A stretch of DNA of 64,000 nucleotides, from contig CAVOHX010000031.1 of NCBI GenBank assembly GCA_963695825.1, forward strand, positions 19,538 through 83,537, in the 5' to 3' direction. The DNA is from an uncultured Chloroflexia bacterium (GTDB lineage: Bacteria; Chloroflexota; Anaerolineae; Promineifilales; UBA4811). Both the position numbers and the translations under genes were made by a program. Shown here in pieces: positions 63,924 to 64,000 of this stretch. How positions within the stretch are numbered: position 1 is the stretch's first letter; every line of letters begins with the position of its first letter. Under the pieces are notes generated by a model. The model was not told where the DNA came from. It worked only from the letters and a program-made list of their open reading frames with translations, and did not search any database.

Positions 63924-64000
63924 ATGAACTACCCAGACAGGCTCGAAAGAGATAGAAAAGAGGTTCGGGTGAAGTCAGTCTTTGTCAAGCAGTTGCAGGC
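63924..64000 (+). CDS. 5' end of an unidentified gene running off the window
   Basis: AGGGGGA lies about 9 nt upstream of the ATG at 63924, and the frame (MNYPDRLERDRKEVRVKSVFVKQLQ) is open to the window end. It is too short to classify. Confidence 0.3.
   Translation, partial: MNYPDRLERDRKEVRVKSVFVKQLQ

Overview
64-kb high-GC bacterial chromosomal segment. I found no rRNA, tRNA, CRISPR array or mobile element. Gene content and order (short IF-2, long-tailed NusA, DUF3160/DUF4013/PA14 envelope proteins) suggest a Chloroflexota-like organism, but that is inference only. I call about 56 protein genes. The housekeeping backbone is: an EF-G paralog, scpA, greA, ROK glucokinase, thyX, the minus-strand run nusA-ylxR-infB-rbfA-nrnA-truB-ribF, dnaE, prfA-prmC, acnA, rdgB and rmlA-rmlB. 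Accessory content is: a Fe(III)-type ABC importer, a GT-C glycosyltransferase operon, a secreted 3xPA14 protein, a VIT/VWA + DUF3160 + DUF4013 envelope cluster, and a 2x thiolase-like + 2x DUF35 operon. The most interesting part is a same-strand block at 52.3-63.9 kb. It carries a corrinoid protein and two non-pyrrolysine MttB-family methyltransferases, then a Cys/Met-family PLP enzyme, an Asp/Glu/hydantoin-racemase-fold protein, hutU, hutH, a Nudix hydrolase and a methylaspartate ammonia-lyase with a ~60-aa insertion. I propose, speculatively, that this block is a quaternary-amine (histidine-betaine or ergothioneine type) to glutamate catabolic island. Major caveat: by my manual reconstruction 21 of the ~56 genes need frame changes to give colinear homologs. 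These include essential infB, prfA, nusA and rbfA. The indels are patchy and several sit in short G/C runs, so they look like assembly or consensus errors rather than real pseudogenes. All domain and family names come from motif recognition by eye. No database search was run.
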